DNA of 64,000 bases from an uncultured bacterium (GTDB lineage: Bacteria; Babelota; Babeliae; Babelales; Babelaceae), in assembly GCA_963848965.1 (NCBI GenBank), contig CAWKFG010000004.1, positions 160,001-224,000 on the forward strand, written 5' to 3'. The notes under the pieces were generated by a model that worked only from the letters and a program-made list of their open reading frames with translations, was not told the DNA's origin and did no database searches. Position 1 is the first letter of the stretch. Each line of letters opens with the position of its first letter. Below are positions 1 through 9,565 of this stretch, in pieces. The position numbers and the translations under genes are program-made.

Positions 1-1
1 A

Positions 2-442
2 AAAGAGGGCACTATGCTCTCACAAGATCTTCATCAACGAATTTCTGCTATTACTGCTTATCTTCAACAGTTAGAACCTCGTGCTCACACCGTAATGGAA
101 AACAAGAAGAATCAACTTTTTCAAACATTACAAACACTGCTGCCAGAAGGATCACAAGAAAGCCCCTCGGAAATGCAATGTATTTCATTGTATAATCAAT
201 TAGATAGAATCGATATTCATGAAGAAGTAGTACGCTTTAAAACACATCTTGATGCATTTACTTGTTGTATAAATTCTTCAGAAAAAGAAAAAGGAAAAAA
301 ACTTGATTTCACGCTTCAGGAGCTCTTTAGAGAAATTAATACCATAACCTCTAAATGTGCAGATGCGCTTATTAGCAGCATAGCAATTAATATAAAAGTT
401 GAACTTGAAAAAGCACGAGAGCAAGTACAGAATATAGTATAA
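2..442 (+). CDS. yicC: YicC family endoribonuclease, C-terminal part (DUF1732); 5' end outside window
   Basis: DIHEEVVRFKTHL, GKKLDFTLQELFREINTITSK, KVELEKAREQVQNI match the YicC C-terminus; frame open to window edge. Confidence 0.9.
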   Translation, partial: KEGTMLSQDLHQRISAITAYLQQLEPRAHTVMENKKNQLFQTLQTLLPEGSQESPSEMQCISLYNQLDRIDIHEEVVRFKTHLDAFTCCINSSEKEKGKKLDFTLQELFREINTITSKCADALISSIAINIKVELEKAREQVQNIV

Positions 443-556
443 AGCTGTTGCAGATGACCTCTATTCTGTTATTCTATAAAAGCACTTAAATACTTTTCTT
501 GTATCATCAAGAAGAAGTATACTTACAGAGGCATTTATTACATAGAGGATTTTGGT

Positions 557-1486
557 ATGATAAGAACAAGTTTAAAACTATTGTTTTTCCTTACTGCCTG
601 TAATCTTATAGGGGCAGATATCTGTGCAGGAAGTCCTACACAAGACAAGTTATCACAACCGTTTTTCAAGAAACATTCATCTTTGCTTGCAGTTCTCGGC
701 TTTCTTGGATGTGGTATTCTTTACAAGCTAATAACTAAAGAATCAGCTGCAGAACGCGCTGCTCGTAAAGAATGGGACCGCGAACAAAGAACAAAATTCG
801 CGAGAGAAAAAGAGCCAAGATTCGGTACATCTAGATGGTGGAACAACTACTATAGAGAGCAAGAAGAAAGAATGCAACGTGAACGGGAAGAGCGAAATAG
901 ACAATCAGAAGAACGAAGACGGCAACGCGAAGAAGAGTGGCAGCGACAAAACGAAGAGTTTGATCGCTGGTATCGTGATTTTCTACGTCAAGAAGAAGAA
1001 AGAAGACAACAACGAGCGCGAGAAAATCGTGCAAGAGAAGAGCGCCAAAGAGAAGAAAGAAGACGCCGTGAAGAAGAAAATAAACGTTGGTGGGACAATC
1101 TTAACCGTGGCTCAGAAGAAGGAAGACGACAAAGAGATGAACAACATCGCAAAGCAGACGAAGACTTTTGGAGCAGATTCTATAATGCTAGCAGTGGAGC
1201 GGCTCATGCAGTACCACCATTACCTGCACATTTAACTCCTGATCTTCAGCAACTTTATAGAGACGCTGGAATTCCTGAAGCTCAAACACCTTTCCAAGTG
1301 CTGGAACTACAAAACAATGCTTCTGAAGCAGAAATAGAAACAAGATTTAAGCAACTTGCTCGTCAATGGCATCCTGATAAACATTCAAAAGGCACTGAAG
1401 CAGAGCAACAACAAGCAACTAATCGCTTTAAACTCTATCAGGCATGTAGAGAGCGTTGTTTAGCAATACGGCGAGGAGAAGCTTAG
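557..1486 (+). CDS. Signal peptide/TM protein with charged coiled coil and C-terminal J-domain
   Basis: Hydrophobic N-terminus, TM segment, R/E-rich region, PFQVLEL...FKQLARQWHPDK (HPD motif). Confidence 0.8.
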   Translation: MIRTSLKLLFFLTACNLIGADICAGSPTQDKLSQPFFKKHSSLLAVLGFLGCGILYKLITKESAAERAARKEWDREQRTKFAREKEPRFGTSRWWNNYYREQEERMQREREERNRQSEERRRQREEEWQRQNEEFDRWYRDFLRQEEERRQQRARENRAREERQREERRRREEENKRWWDNLNRGSEEGRRQRDEQHRKADEDFWSRFYNASSGAAHAVPPLPAHLTPDLQQLYRDAGIPEAQTPFQVLELQNNASEAEIETRFKQLARQWHPDKHSKGTEAEQQQATNRFKLYQACRERCLAIRRGEA

Positions 1487-1574
1487 GAGTTTTATGTCTT
1501 AAGCGGTTGCACAATACTTCTACAATGGTAGTCTAGAGGATAATAAATGAGCATGCTGTATAAAGGAATTTTAT

Positions 1575-2234
1575 ATGATACGGAATATTTTTAAAGTAAT
1601 GTGTATTATAGCTGCATGTAACTTGATTACTGCAGATATAGTCAGTGCAAATTATAATAGCTATGATAAAACTTCATTTAGCTCGCTTCTCAAAGAGCAC
1701 TCTTCTCTCTTTGCCCTTTTAAGCATACTAGGCTGTGGTATTGCCTACAAACTCTTTACTAAAGAGTCTGCTCAAGTGTGTGCTGAGCAGCTTAAAAAAG
1801 AGCATAACCAAAGTATGCGTTTTGAAAAGCAAAGACAGCAACGATATGCCCAAAGGCAGGATGCTCTGCGCAAACAACAACAAAGAGAAGATGAATTAGA
1901 AGAAGAAAAGATTAGGCAACAACAGGAATGGGAGAAATTAGGATCTGAACTAGCTGAACAGGAAGAACTACGACGCCAGGGCCTTCCAACCTATCTTACA
2001 GGAGGACTGCGAGGACTTTATACAGAGTGCCATATTCCTTTTAGGCGTACTCCATTTGAAGTATTAGGTGTTAAGAATGATGCTTCTGAAGCAGAGCTTA
2101 AAAAAGCATTTAGAAGAGAATCTTTAAGATGGCATCCAGATAAGAATCCAGCCCCAAATGCACGCGCCCGTTTTCAGTTGGTAAATGAATGCTACCAAAG
2201 ATGCTTAAAAATGAAGGAAAATCCTACTTTATAA
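1575..2234 (+). CDS. Paralogous signal peptide/TM protein with C-terminal J-domain
   Basis: N-terminus similar to 557..1486 (ACNLI.ADI...HSSL.A.L..LGCGI.YKL.TKESA); PFEVLGV...FRRESLRWHPDKN. Confidence 0.8.
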   Translation: MIRNIFKVMCIIAACNLITADIVSANYNSYDKTSFSSLLKEHSSLFALLSILGCGIAYKLFTKESAQVCAEQLKKEHNQSMRFEKQRQQRYAQRQDALRKQQQREDELEEEKIRQQQEWEKLGSELAEQEELRRQGLPTYLTGGLRGLYTECHIPFRRTPFEVLGVKNDASEAELKKAFRRESLRWHPDKNPAPNARARFQLVNECYQRCLKMKENPTL

Positions 2235-2253
2235 CTTTTAACGAGTTCATACC

Positions 2254-2281
2254 AAAGACCCTCCTTAGGAGGGTCTTTTTT
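2254..2281 (+). terminator. Rho-independent terminator
   Basis: AAAGACCCTCC-TTA-GGAGGGTCTTT hairpin with T run after the J-domain genes. Confidence 0.8.
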
Positions 2282-2395
2282 CATGCCTTAAGACATCATC
2301 GTAAAATTATTTATTTTATAGAAACCTTGATTTAAAATACAGTTAAAATATATAATTTTAGATAGTAAATAAAATAATATTAAAGAAGGAGATGT

Positions 2396-3451
2396 ATGAA
2401 GAGTTTATTATATCTAGCACTCGTACCTTTTATAGGACTTTCATGTGCTATTCATGGAACATCAATAACACATAGTACCTTAAGTGATATACAAACAGTA
2501 AAGATCCGAGTATTTGAAAAACCAAAAGACTATGCAAATATGTTACGTGCACGAAATTTATCAGATAAAGCTATTAATTTTGTACTAGCTCTTGGAAATG
2601 CTGCAGGAAAAGTTCTTACGAAAGTAGCAGAATATGAAGAAGCAACAGCAAAAAACCGTAGCCAACTAAAAACAGGCGCAGAAGACGCTATTGCTGCAGC
2701 TATGGCTGCTCAAGAAACAAGCATTGCTACACAAGCTACTAAAAAACCAGCGCTTCTAGAACGAATAGATGAGGACGAGCCTCTACTCAAAGGAAGAGGT
2801 GAAGAGAGGAAAGAAGTATCAAGATCTCAAGTAACTTCAGCTGATCGTGTTAAAGCTGCAAGTACCTACTTACCACTGGCTGTAGATCTTGTAAAAAATC
2901 TTAAAGAAGAATCATCTGCATTCGGCTCTTTAGTTAAAACCATTACAAGAAAGATATTTACTATTGCCCATTTCCCTGAAGTTCCAAAAGGTTCAACCGT
3001 AACGTTTAAGGATAAAGCACAAGATCCAGCTCAAACCTTTGTAGTAATTCTTGAAAGAAAAACTGAGATCCCTCTTTGGTTAGGTCTGGTAGATAAAAAC
3101 AGAAACTATTCATTTATAGCAAAGAAACAGCGTGATGGAAGTACTATTGGACTTCTTGCTGCTAAAGGCCAAGAGCGTGCTGCTCTTACAGGACTTGAAG
3201 AGGAAACAAAAGCGCCAGAAGTTAAAAAAGAACCTACTAAACCACTAGAGAAACCAATTAAGCCAGAAGAGCCATCCAAGAAAGAGGTTGCAGAAAAAAC
3301 AGCTACAGAGCAAACTAAAGGAGCCGTAGAAAAAGAAACTAAAGCAACTACAGAAAAACAAACTACAGCTGCAGAGACAACAAAAAAAGCAGCCGATGAT
3401 ACTCAAAAGCTTACTGAAGAGCTTGCCAAAAAAACAACTCCAGGAGCATAA
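2396..3451 (+). CDS. Hypothetical secreted protein with K/E/T/A-rich low-complexity C-terminal tail
   Basis: 351-aa ORF, AAGGAG RBS, signal-peptide-like N-terminus. Confidence 0.7.
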   Translation: MKSLLYLALVPFIGLSCAIHGTSITHSTLSDIQTVKIRVFEKPKDYANMLRARNLSDKAINFVLALGNAAGKVLTKVAEYEEATAKNRSQLKTGAEDAIAAAMAAQETSIATQATKKPALLERIDEDEPLLKGRGEERKEVSRSQVTSADRVKAASTYLPLAVDLVKNLKEESSAFGSLVKTITRKIFTIAHFPEVPKGSTVTFKDKAQDPAQTFVVILERKTEIPLWLGLVDKNRNYSFIAKKQRDGSTIGLLAAKGQERAALTGLEEETKAPEVKKEPTKPLEKPIKPEEPSKKEVAEKTATEQTKGAVEKETKATTEKQTTAAETTKKAADDTQKLTEELAKKTTPGA

Positions 3452-3467
3452 AAAACTGAAACTTTTT

Positions 3468-3495
3468 GAGGGCAGTTAACTGCCCTCTTTTTTTT
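3468..3495 (+). terminator. Rho-independent terminator
   Basis: GAGGGCAGTTAACTGCCCTC palindrome followed by T8. Confidence 0.8.
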
Positions 3496-3564
3496 GCCTA
3501 TACCCTCAAATGTATAATCGTGTATACTAAGAAAAGATAAAAGTACATTACACATTTTTGGACT

Positions 3565-6500
3565 ATGGACAAGCATTTTACTCATTTACATCTACATACC
3601 GACTATTCCTTATTAGATGGTGCCATTACTGTCGATAAGCTGGTAAATTTTGGCAAAAAGCATAACTTTAAAGCACTGGCAATCAGTGATCACGGTAATA
3701 TATTTGGTGCAGTAAAGTTTTTTCAACAAGCTGCTAAAGCTGGTATTAAGCCAGTACTGGGTATGGAAGCATACTTTACGGAAGATGCTCGGCTCAAAAA
3801 TGCCGACAACAAATATTATCATCTCATTCTTTTAGTACAGAATGCCATAGGCTATAAAAATCTTTGCAAACTTATCTCATTTGCCTACCAAGAAGGATTC
3901 TACTTTAAACCTCGTATTGATTATAAAGCACTTGAAGAACATGCAGAAGGCCTTATTGTAACTTCTGCATGCCTTGGCGGGCATATACCAAGCTTGCTCA
4001 TGCAAGACAATTATGAAGAAGCAGAACGTCGTATTGACTGGTTTTTACGCGTTTTTGGCGAAGAACGTTTTTACCTTGAAGTACAACCAGAAGATCAACA
4101 TGAACAAAAAATTCTTAATGAGAAACTCTTTGATATTAGTAAGAAAAAAGGTGTTCCTTGCGTTGCAGCTGGCGATTGCCACTATGTAACACCAGAAGAT
4201 AGAGAAGCACATGAAGTTATGCTCTCTATCCAAACACATCATAAAATTACTGATCCTGATAGATTTACCTTTGGTGATTGCCGTGTTCATATTCGTACAC
4301 AGCAAGAGATGCTCGAACTTTTTAAGGACCATGAAGATGCTGTATGGGCGAGTGGGCGCATTGCAGATATGTGTAACTTTAAATTTGAAACTGGTAAACT
4401 CTTTTTTCCTCAATTTGCAATACCACAAGGGTATAGCCAAGACAGTTTCTTTAGCGAACTCTGTAAAAAAGGGCTCGATATGCTCTTTGATACAGATCGT
4501 ATTGAGAAAGATCAAAGAGAACTTTATATACAGCGCCTTGAAGAAGAAGTTGGCCTTATTATTAAAATGGGCTTTGTAGGATATTTTTTAGTTGTTAGTG
4601 ACTTTATTCAATGGGCTCGTAACAATGGAATACCAGTAGGACCAGGTCGTGGTTCTGCAGCTGGATCTTTAGTTGCATGGGCTCTACAAATTACTGACAT
4701 CGACCCTATTAAATATAATCTTCTTTTTGAGCGATTCTTAAATCCAGAACGTATCTCGATGCCTGATATTGATATAGATTTTTGCATTGAAGGTCGAGAC
4801 GAAGTCATTAACTATGTACGTACTGCGTACGGTCATGATAAAGTATGTCAGATTATCACCTTTGGTACCATGATGGCTAAAGGTGTTATTAAAGACGTTG
4901 CTCGTGTTCTTGGATTCCCTTTTGAAGATTCTAATGCATTGACAGAGCTTATTCCTGATCAACTTAAAATCACTTTAAAAGAAGCGCTTGAACAAGAACC
5001 AAAGCTTAAAGAGCTTGTGAGTAATAATCCTACCGTAGGAAAGCTCTTTGATCTTGCATTACGTCTTGAAGGAATTACACGCCATGCATCCAAGCACGCT
5101 GCAGGAATAGTTATTTCTCCTGAACCTATTAGAGAAGTGCTTCCTGTCTATGTTCCTCCTAAGACAACTGATTTAGTAACACAGTATGCAATGACAGAGC
5201 TTGAAAGCCTCGGCTTTCTCAAAATGGATTTTTTAGGGCTCAAGAACCTTACTCTCATTCAACGTGTTGTTTCTTTAATTAAACAGAACCACGATAGAGA
5301 AATAGATATAACCAAACTACCGCTTGAAGACAGTAAAACATTTGCGCTTATATGTAGAGGCGACACCTCAGGAGTATTTCAGCTTGAATCTGATGGTCTT
5401 AAAGATGTGTTGCGCCGTCTACAACCTGCAACCTTTGAAGATATTATCGCAGTAAATGCTCTTTATCGCCCTGGTCCTTTAGGCTCAGGAATGGTCGATG
5501 ACTTCATTGAAAGAAAGCACGGCCGACAACAGATAGTCTATATATTCAATGAACTAGAGCCTGTTCTAAAAGAGACCTACGGTGTTATTGTTTACCAAGA
5601 GCAGGTTATGAAGATTGCTTCTGCTATTGCTGGGTATTCACTTGGAGAATCGGACATTTTGCGCCGTGCGATGGGTAAAAAGAAGGCCGAAGTAATGGCC
5701 GAACAAAAAGCTATTTTTGTTGAACGTGCAATTAAACGCTCGTTTGATGAAAAAAAAGCAGGAGAGCTTTTTGATCTTATGGCATACTTTGCAGGGTACG
5801 GATTTAATAAATCACACTCTGCAGCCTATGCTCTTATTGCCTATCAAACAGCATACCTTAAAGCTAATTTTCCTGCCGAATTTATGGCATGTCTCATTTC
5901 GCTTGAAGCAAGTAATGGTGAACAAATGGCCTTTTATATTCAAGAGGCCAAAGACATAGGACTTTCCATTTTACCACCAGATATTAACCATTCTCAAGTC
6001 GACTTTAGCGTTGTCGAAGGAAAGATCCGATTTGGCTTACATGGTATTAAAAATGTAGGAATGGCCGCACTTGAATATATTATTGCCGAGCGAAAAAAAG
6101 GCTCTTTTAACGATCTTTTTGAGTTTTGTATGCGCATAGATTTGCGAACCTGCAATAAGCGTGTTATCGAAAGTCTTATTGCTGCTGGCGCATTTGATGC
6201 TCTTCCTGGCAATCGTGCACAAAAACATGAAGAAGTACCTAAAATTATTGATCTCGCACTGGAGAAAAAGAAAGCAGCACGTACAGGACAAATGGGCCTC
6301 TTTGACCGGTCGTTAAAAGAAGCTACCCACGAAATCTATACATTTCAACCGCGTGCAGAATGGGCTGATGGTGCAAAGCTAGAAAAAGAAAAAGAAGTAA
6401 TGGGCCTCTATGTAAGTGCTCAACCACTAGATAGTTATGCAACACACTTAAAGTGGATACAAGCTCTTAGTTTCCAAGAAGCAGCACAAAGAGTAAATGA

Positions 6501-6984
6501 ATATACTGTTGTCTGTTGTGGAGCAGTTAAAACAAGTAAAGTAGTAACAACAAAAAAAGGCGAAAAAATGGCTTTCTTGAATCTTGAAGACTATGCAAGT
6601 AAAGCTGAAATCGTTATATTTCCAAAGCTTTTTAGTCAGGTAGAACCGTGGTTAACACAATACCAAGTGTTTATCATAAAAGGAACTATCGATCCTGCGT
6701 CAACACAACCTATTAAAATTAAAGCTCAATCATGTATTCCTGCAGATCTGCTTTTCGAACCATGGGCAGTAGAAAAACTTATTCTCACTATACCTGAAAC
6801 ATTCAATGAACAGCTACTGCTTACCGTTAAAAGCAAGTGCATTCAAGGAACAACGCCACTTGAAATACATTTTCAAGAACATAAAAAACTGCTTAAACTA
6901 ACTGCCAAAGATAAAATTCGTATAGAAAGTACGTTTCTTACTACTCTTGAGCAGCACAATATTGCTGTACATCTTAAAGTGTAG
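3565..6984 (+). CDS. dnaE: DNA polymerase III alpha subunit
   Basis: PHP motif HLHLHTDYSLLDG, GPGRGSAAGS, RISMPDIDIDF, FAGYGFNKSH. Confidence 0.98.
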   Translation: MDKHFTHLHLHTDYSLLDGAITVDKLVNFGKKHNFKALAISDHGNIFGAVKFFQQAAKAGIKPVLGMEAYFTEDARLKNADNKYYHLILLVQNAIGYKNLCKLISFAYQEGFYFKPRIDYKALEEHAEGLIVTSACLGGHIPSLLMQDNYEEAERRIDWFLRVFGEERFYLEVQPEDQHEQKILNEKLFDISKKKGVPCVAAGDCHYVTPEDREAHEVMLSIQTHHKITDPDRFTFGDCRVHIRTQQEMLELFKDHEDAVWASGRIADMCNFKFETGKLFFPQFAIPQGYSQDSFFSELCKKGLDMLFDTDRIEKDQRELYIQRLEEEVGLIIKMGFVGYFLVVSDFIQWARNNGIPVGPGRGSAAGSLVAWALQITDIDPIKYNLLFERFLNPERISMPDIDIDFCIEGRDEVINYVRTAYGHDKVCQIITFGTMMAKGVIKDVARVLGFPFEDSNALTELIPDQLKITLKEALEQEPKLKELVSNNPTVGKLFDLALRLEGITRHASKHAAGIVISPEPIREVLPVYVPPKTTDLVTQYAMTELESLGFLKMDFLGLKNLTLIQRVVSLIKQNHDREIDITKLPLEDSKTFALICRGDTSGVFQLESDGLKDVLRRLQPATFEDIIAVNALYRPGPLGSGMVDDFIERKHGRQQIVYIFNELEPVLKETYGVIVYQEQVMKIASAIAGYSLGESDILRRAMGKKKAEVMAEQKAIFVERAIKRSFDEKKAGELFDLMAYFAGYGFNKSHSAAYALIAYQTAYLKANFPAEFMACLISLEASNGEQMAFYIQEAKDIGLSILPPDINHSQVDFSVVEGKIRFGLHGIKNVGMAALEYIIAERKKGSFNDLFEFCMRIDLRTCNKRVIESLIAAGAFDALPGNRAQKHEEVPKIIDLALEKKKAARTGQMGLFDRSLKEATHEIYTFQPRAEWADGAKLEKEKEVMGLYVSAQPLDSYATHLKWIQALSFQEAAQRVNEYTVVCCGAVKTSKVVTTKKGEKMAFLNLEDYASKAEIVIFPKLFSQVEPWLTQYQVFIIKGTIDPASTQPIKIKAQSCIPADLLFEPWAVEKLILTIPETFNEQLLLTVKSKCIQGTTPLEIHFQEHKKLLKLTAKDKIRIESTFLTTLEQHNIAVHLKV

Positions 6985-6992
6985 TACCACGT

Positions 6993-8225
6993 TTAGTATC
7001 TATGTGCTCTTTTAGGCTTTTTGGAACCATCTTGAAGAGATGCTGTTCGTTCTCGTAACTGTAGTGCTTTAAAGGTAGCATATAAAGAGTGAGCGTCAAA
7101 AACAATAAGAATATGCGGATAGATGCCACTATATTGACTTTTGATGCCCGCTGCAATAAGAGGACTACAAGGAGCCCATAGTATTTTCTCTGTAACAAAA
7201 GGTGTATCTTCATTTGTAAATGTTGTTGCCCGTCCTAAGATAAAATTATCTAAATTTTTAAGACAGCTTACTTCAGATTGAACATTTCCTGCTTGAGCAT
7301 TCCAAATATCTATTTTACTAATACCACCACTTATAAGGTACTTGCCATCATATGACCATGAAATTTGCCCTACAATTCTTCCAAGATCACTACTTTGCCA
7401 GCGAACTATACAACGGTTACAATCATTATCGTACACTGCTATAGTTCCATCATTTAATGAAACCGCTAACTGGTTCTTAAGAGGGCACCATACAAGAGAG
7501 TAGAGTTCTGTTTGCTCATTATATTCACGCAGAAGAGAGCATTCAGCTCTTCCATTGCCAGACGCTAGACCGAAAATTTGTACGCCATGTGCAGTATTTG
7601 ATATTTCTCGCAAACCCACTGCAAGGTAATTTCCGAAAGGAGCCCATTGCAGTAACGATACATGCTTATCACAGTTTATAGATGCAACCTGAATACGAGT
7701 AGTAACATCCCATAGGGCAATCGTACTTTCGTTAGTATACGGATGAGCTACTCCACCAGTAAACTCTTTAGCAAGTACGGCTAAATAATTTCCGTCATAT
7801 GACCATGCAAGAAGAGCAATGCGCACAGAGCCTTCTGTCCTGGCTTTAAGCGAACGAGTACTGACATCCCAGACCTCAACAGTTCCATTACGCAATCCTA
7901 AAGCAAGGAGATTCTGTGGACCCCATGCCAAAGCTGTAATATGGCTTGAAGCGTCGAGAATAAAATGCTCTTTTGTATAAGTATTCCAGATTTTACAACT
8001 GTTTGAATTTGGACAAGAAGCTGCTAGATAAACCTCTTCCGGACCACGAGACCATGCAATCTCTTCTAAAGCATTTTCACTTGAATTCTTAAGATCTAAG
8101 ATAAGAGGATATTTATCGATTTCAGATTTTTCCATCCCCTTCATAGAAAAGATACATCCTAAGCCAACACAAAAAAGATATTTCTTAGATCTGGTAGTAA
8201 TCCAGTGATACATAGCTATCTCCAT
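6993..8225 (-). CDS. WD40-repeat protein, probably secreted
   Basis: Repeated LAW..G..LA.G...G.V.VWD units; hydrophobic N-terminus followed by GME. Confidence 0.8.
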   Translation of the reverse strand: MEIAMYHWITTRSKKYLFCVGLGCIFSMKGMEKSEIDKYPLILDLKNSSENALEEIAWSRGPEEVYLAASCPNSNSCKIWNTYTKEHFILDASSHITALAWGPQNLLALGLRNGTVEVWDVSTRSLKARTEGSVRIALLAWSYDGNYLAVLAKEFTGGVAHPYTNESTIALWDVTTRIQVASINCDKHVSLLQWAPFGNYLAVGLREISNTAHGVQIFGLASGNGRAECSLLREYNEQTELYSLVWCPLKNQLAVSLNDGTIAVYDNDCNRCIVRWQSSDLGRIVGQISWSYDGKYLISGGISKIDIWNAQAGNVQSEVSCLKNLDNFILGRATTFTNEDTPFVTEKILWAPCSPLIAAGIKSQYSGIYPHILIVFDAHSLYATFKALQLRERTASLQDGSKKPKRAHRY

Positions 8226-8371
8226 TTAAAGATTATTGTAAGCCAACTTTATGAAATTTCAGAGATACTTATTATCGCATAAAATCGACAACTCGTCAAT
8301 CAAAATTGACAAATATGCAAAATAAATCTTAAAAACAGAGAGGTAACTCTTGTATAAGGAGCTCTAGAAAG

Positions 8372-8896
8372 CTATTTTCTTGCTATAGCAGAATATTTGA
8401 TAGCGAATGCAAGCCGGCTAAAAAAGTCTTGAGCTCTTTGAAGGCGTACTAAAGCTTCTGGGTTTCTAGAGGCGCTTTGCTTTATAAGCTCTTTGATATC
8501 GTTTGTAAGAGCCTCCATAAGCTTTCTCACTTTCTCTGGATTCGTCTCTATAAGAGATGCCAAATAACCTATTTCTTTCCACTCATGCTCTTGAAAACGA
8601 GGAACCATCCATTGGAACTCTAGAGATCGTTGGTTAAGATCTTGCAGCCGTTCTATTGCCTCTGGAAGAAGCATAGGAGCATTCTCATTACCCCGCTCAA
8701 GATTTGCCTGAAGATCAATAATATATTCCACTTGATCCTGTAAATCTTCCTCTAGTCGCCTACGCTTTAGTTCACTATTATTACTAAACTCAGCAGATGC
8801 TGGTCTTTTACGTGGATTCGATGGATCTTGTTCCATCGCTTCTAAAAAAGCAGAGCTTCCTATAAGGCACCCTATAAATAAAATACTTTTTTTCAT
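8372..8896 (-). CDS. Hypothetical secreted protein with bipartite NLS-like motif
   Basis: MKK signal peptide then AMEQ; RKRPASAEFSNNSELKRRR. Confidence 0.7.
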   Translation of the reverse strand: MKKSILFIGCLIGSSAFLEAMEQDPSNPRKRPASAEFSNNSELKRRRLEEDLQDQVEYIIDLQANLERGNENAPMLLPEAIERLQDLNQRSLEFQWMVPRFQEHEWKEIGYLASLIETNPEKVRKLMEALTNDIKELIKQSASRNPEALVRLQRAQDFFSRLAFAIKYSAIARK

Positions 8897-9021
8897 TTCT
8901 TACCATTAATTTATATAATTATCATACTAGTAATAGTATAAACCATTTTTCCAAAAAGAACAGTCTAAAAGTAAAAGGCTACAATCAAGCAGCCTTTTAC
9001 TCAGTAGAAAGCATAGAGCTT

Positions 9022-9417
9022 TTAAACTCGTACGTTAAGTACTTCTGCTATCATTTGTAAATCTTGCAAATGCTGTGTCGCCATTGGTAACTGGCCTGCA
9101 CCTGCGGGCCCTTGGCCACGTAAAACAGCTATATTTGTGCGCGCTTGGTCTATTCGTTTCCTTATTACATCAGGATTGCTTTTAAGAATTTCTTCATATC
9201 TTTCTTCATCTCGCGGGCCAACTAGAGCTTTTGCTAGAGCTTCTGCTCTTTCCAGCTGACTCATTTTTCTTTGAAATGCAGATTCTGCTTCTTGCGCTTG
9301 ATGCTTAAGCATCTCTTGTTCAAGCTCTGTTGCGTACTGCTCAGCTTCTACATCAGTCATAGCATTTATTCTTTCCCCACAAGCTGCGAGAAGAAGAATA
9401 ACTAGTAATTTTTTCAT
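9022..9417 (-). CDS. Hypothetical secreted helical protein
   Basis: MKKLLVILLLAACG signal peptide (possible lipobox); AAGGAAGGG RBS. Confidence 0.65.
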   Translation of the reverse strand: MKKLLVILLLAACGERINAMTDVEAEQYATELEQEMLKHQAQEAESAFQRKMSQLERAEALAKALVGPRDEERYEEILKSNPDVIRKRIDQARTNIAVLRGQGPAGAGQLPMATQHLQDLQMIAEVLNVRV

Positions 9418-9543
9418 ATATACCCTTCCTTTACCTAGTATTTACATCTACTACACACTAGAATACTAAATATAGTTTCAATTAGTCAATAAAGCTGGGT
9501 ATAATTTACAAAACTAGATAAGTCTTTATTTTTAAAAAGTACG

Positions 9544-9565
9544 AGGGAAGGCATATGCCTTCCCT
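9544..9565 (-). terminator. Hairpin directly after the PhoH gene
   Basis: AGGGAAGGCA-TA-TGCCTTCCCT perfect inverted repeat. Confidence 0.55.

Noticed and set aside
831..6291. Short alternative-frame and antisense ORFs inside the J-domain gene and dnaE, and similar ones throughout the window
   Set aside because: Fully overlap well-supported genes and have no recognisable motifs
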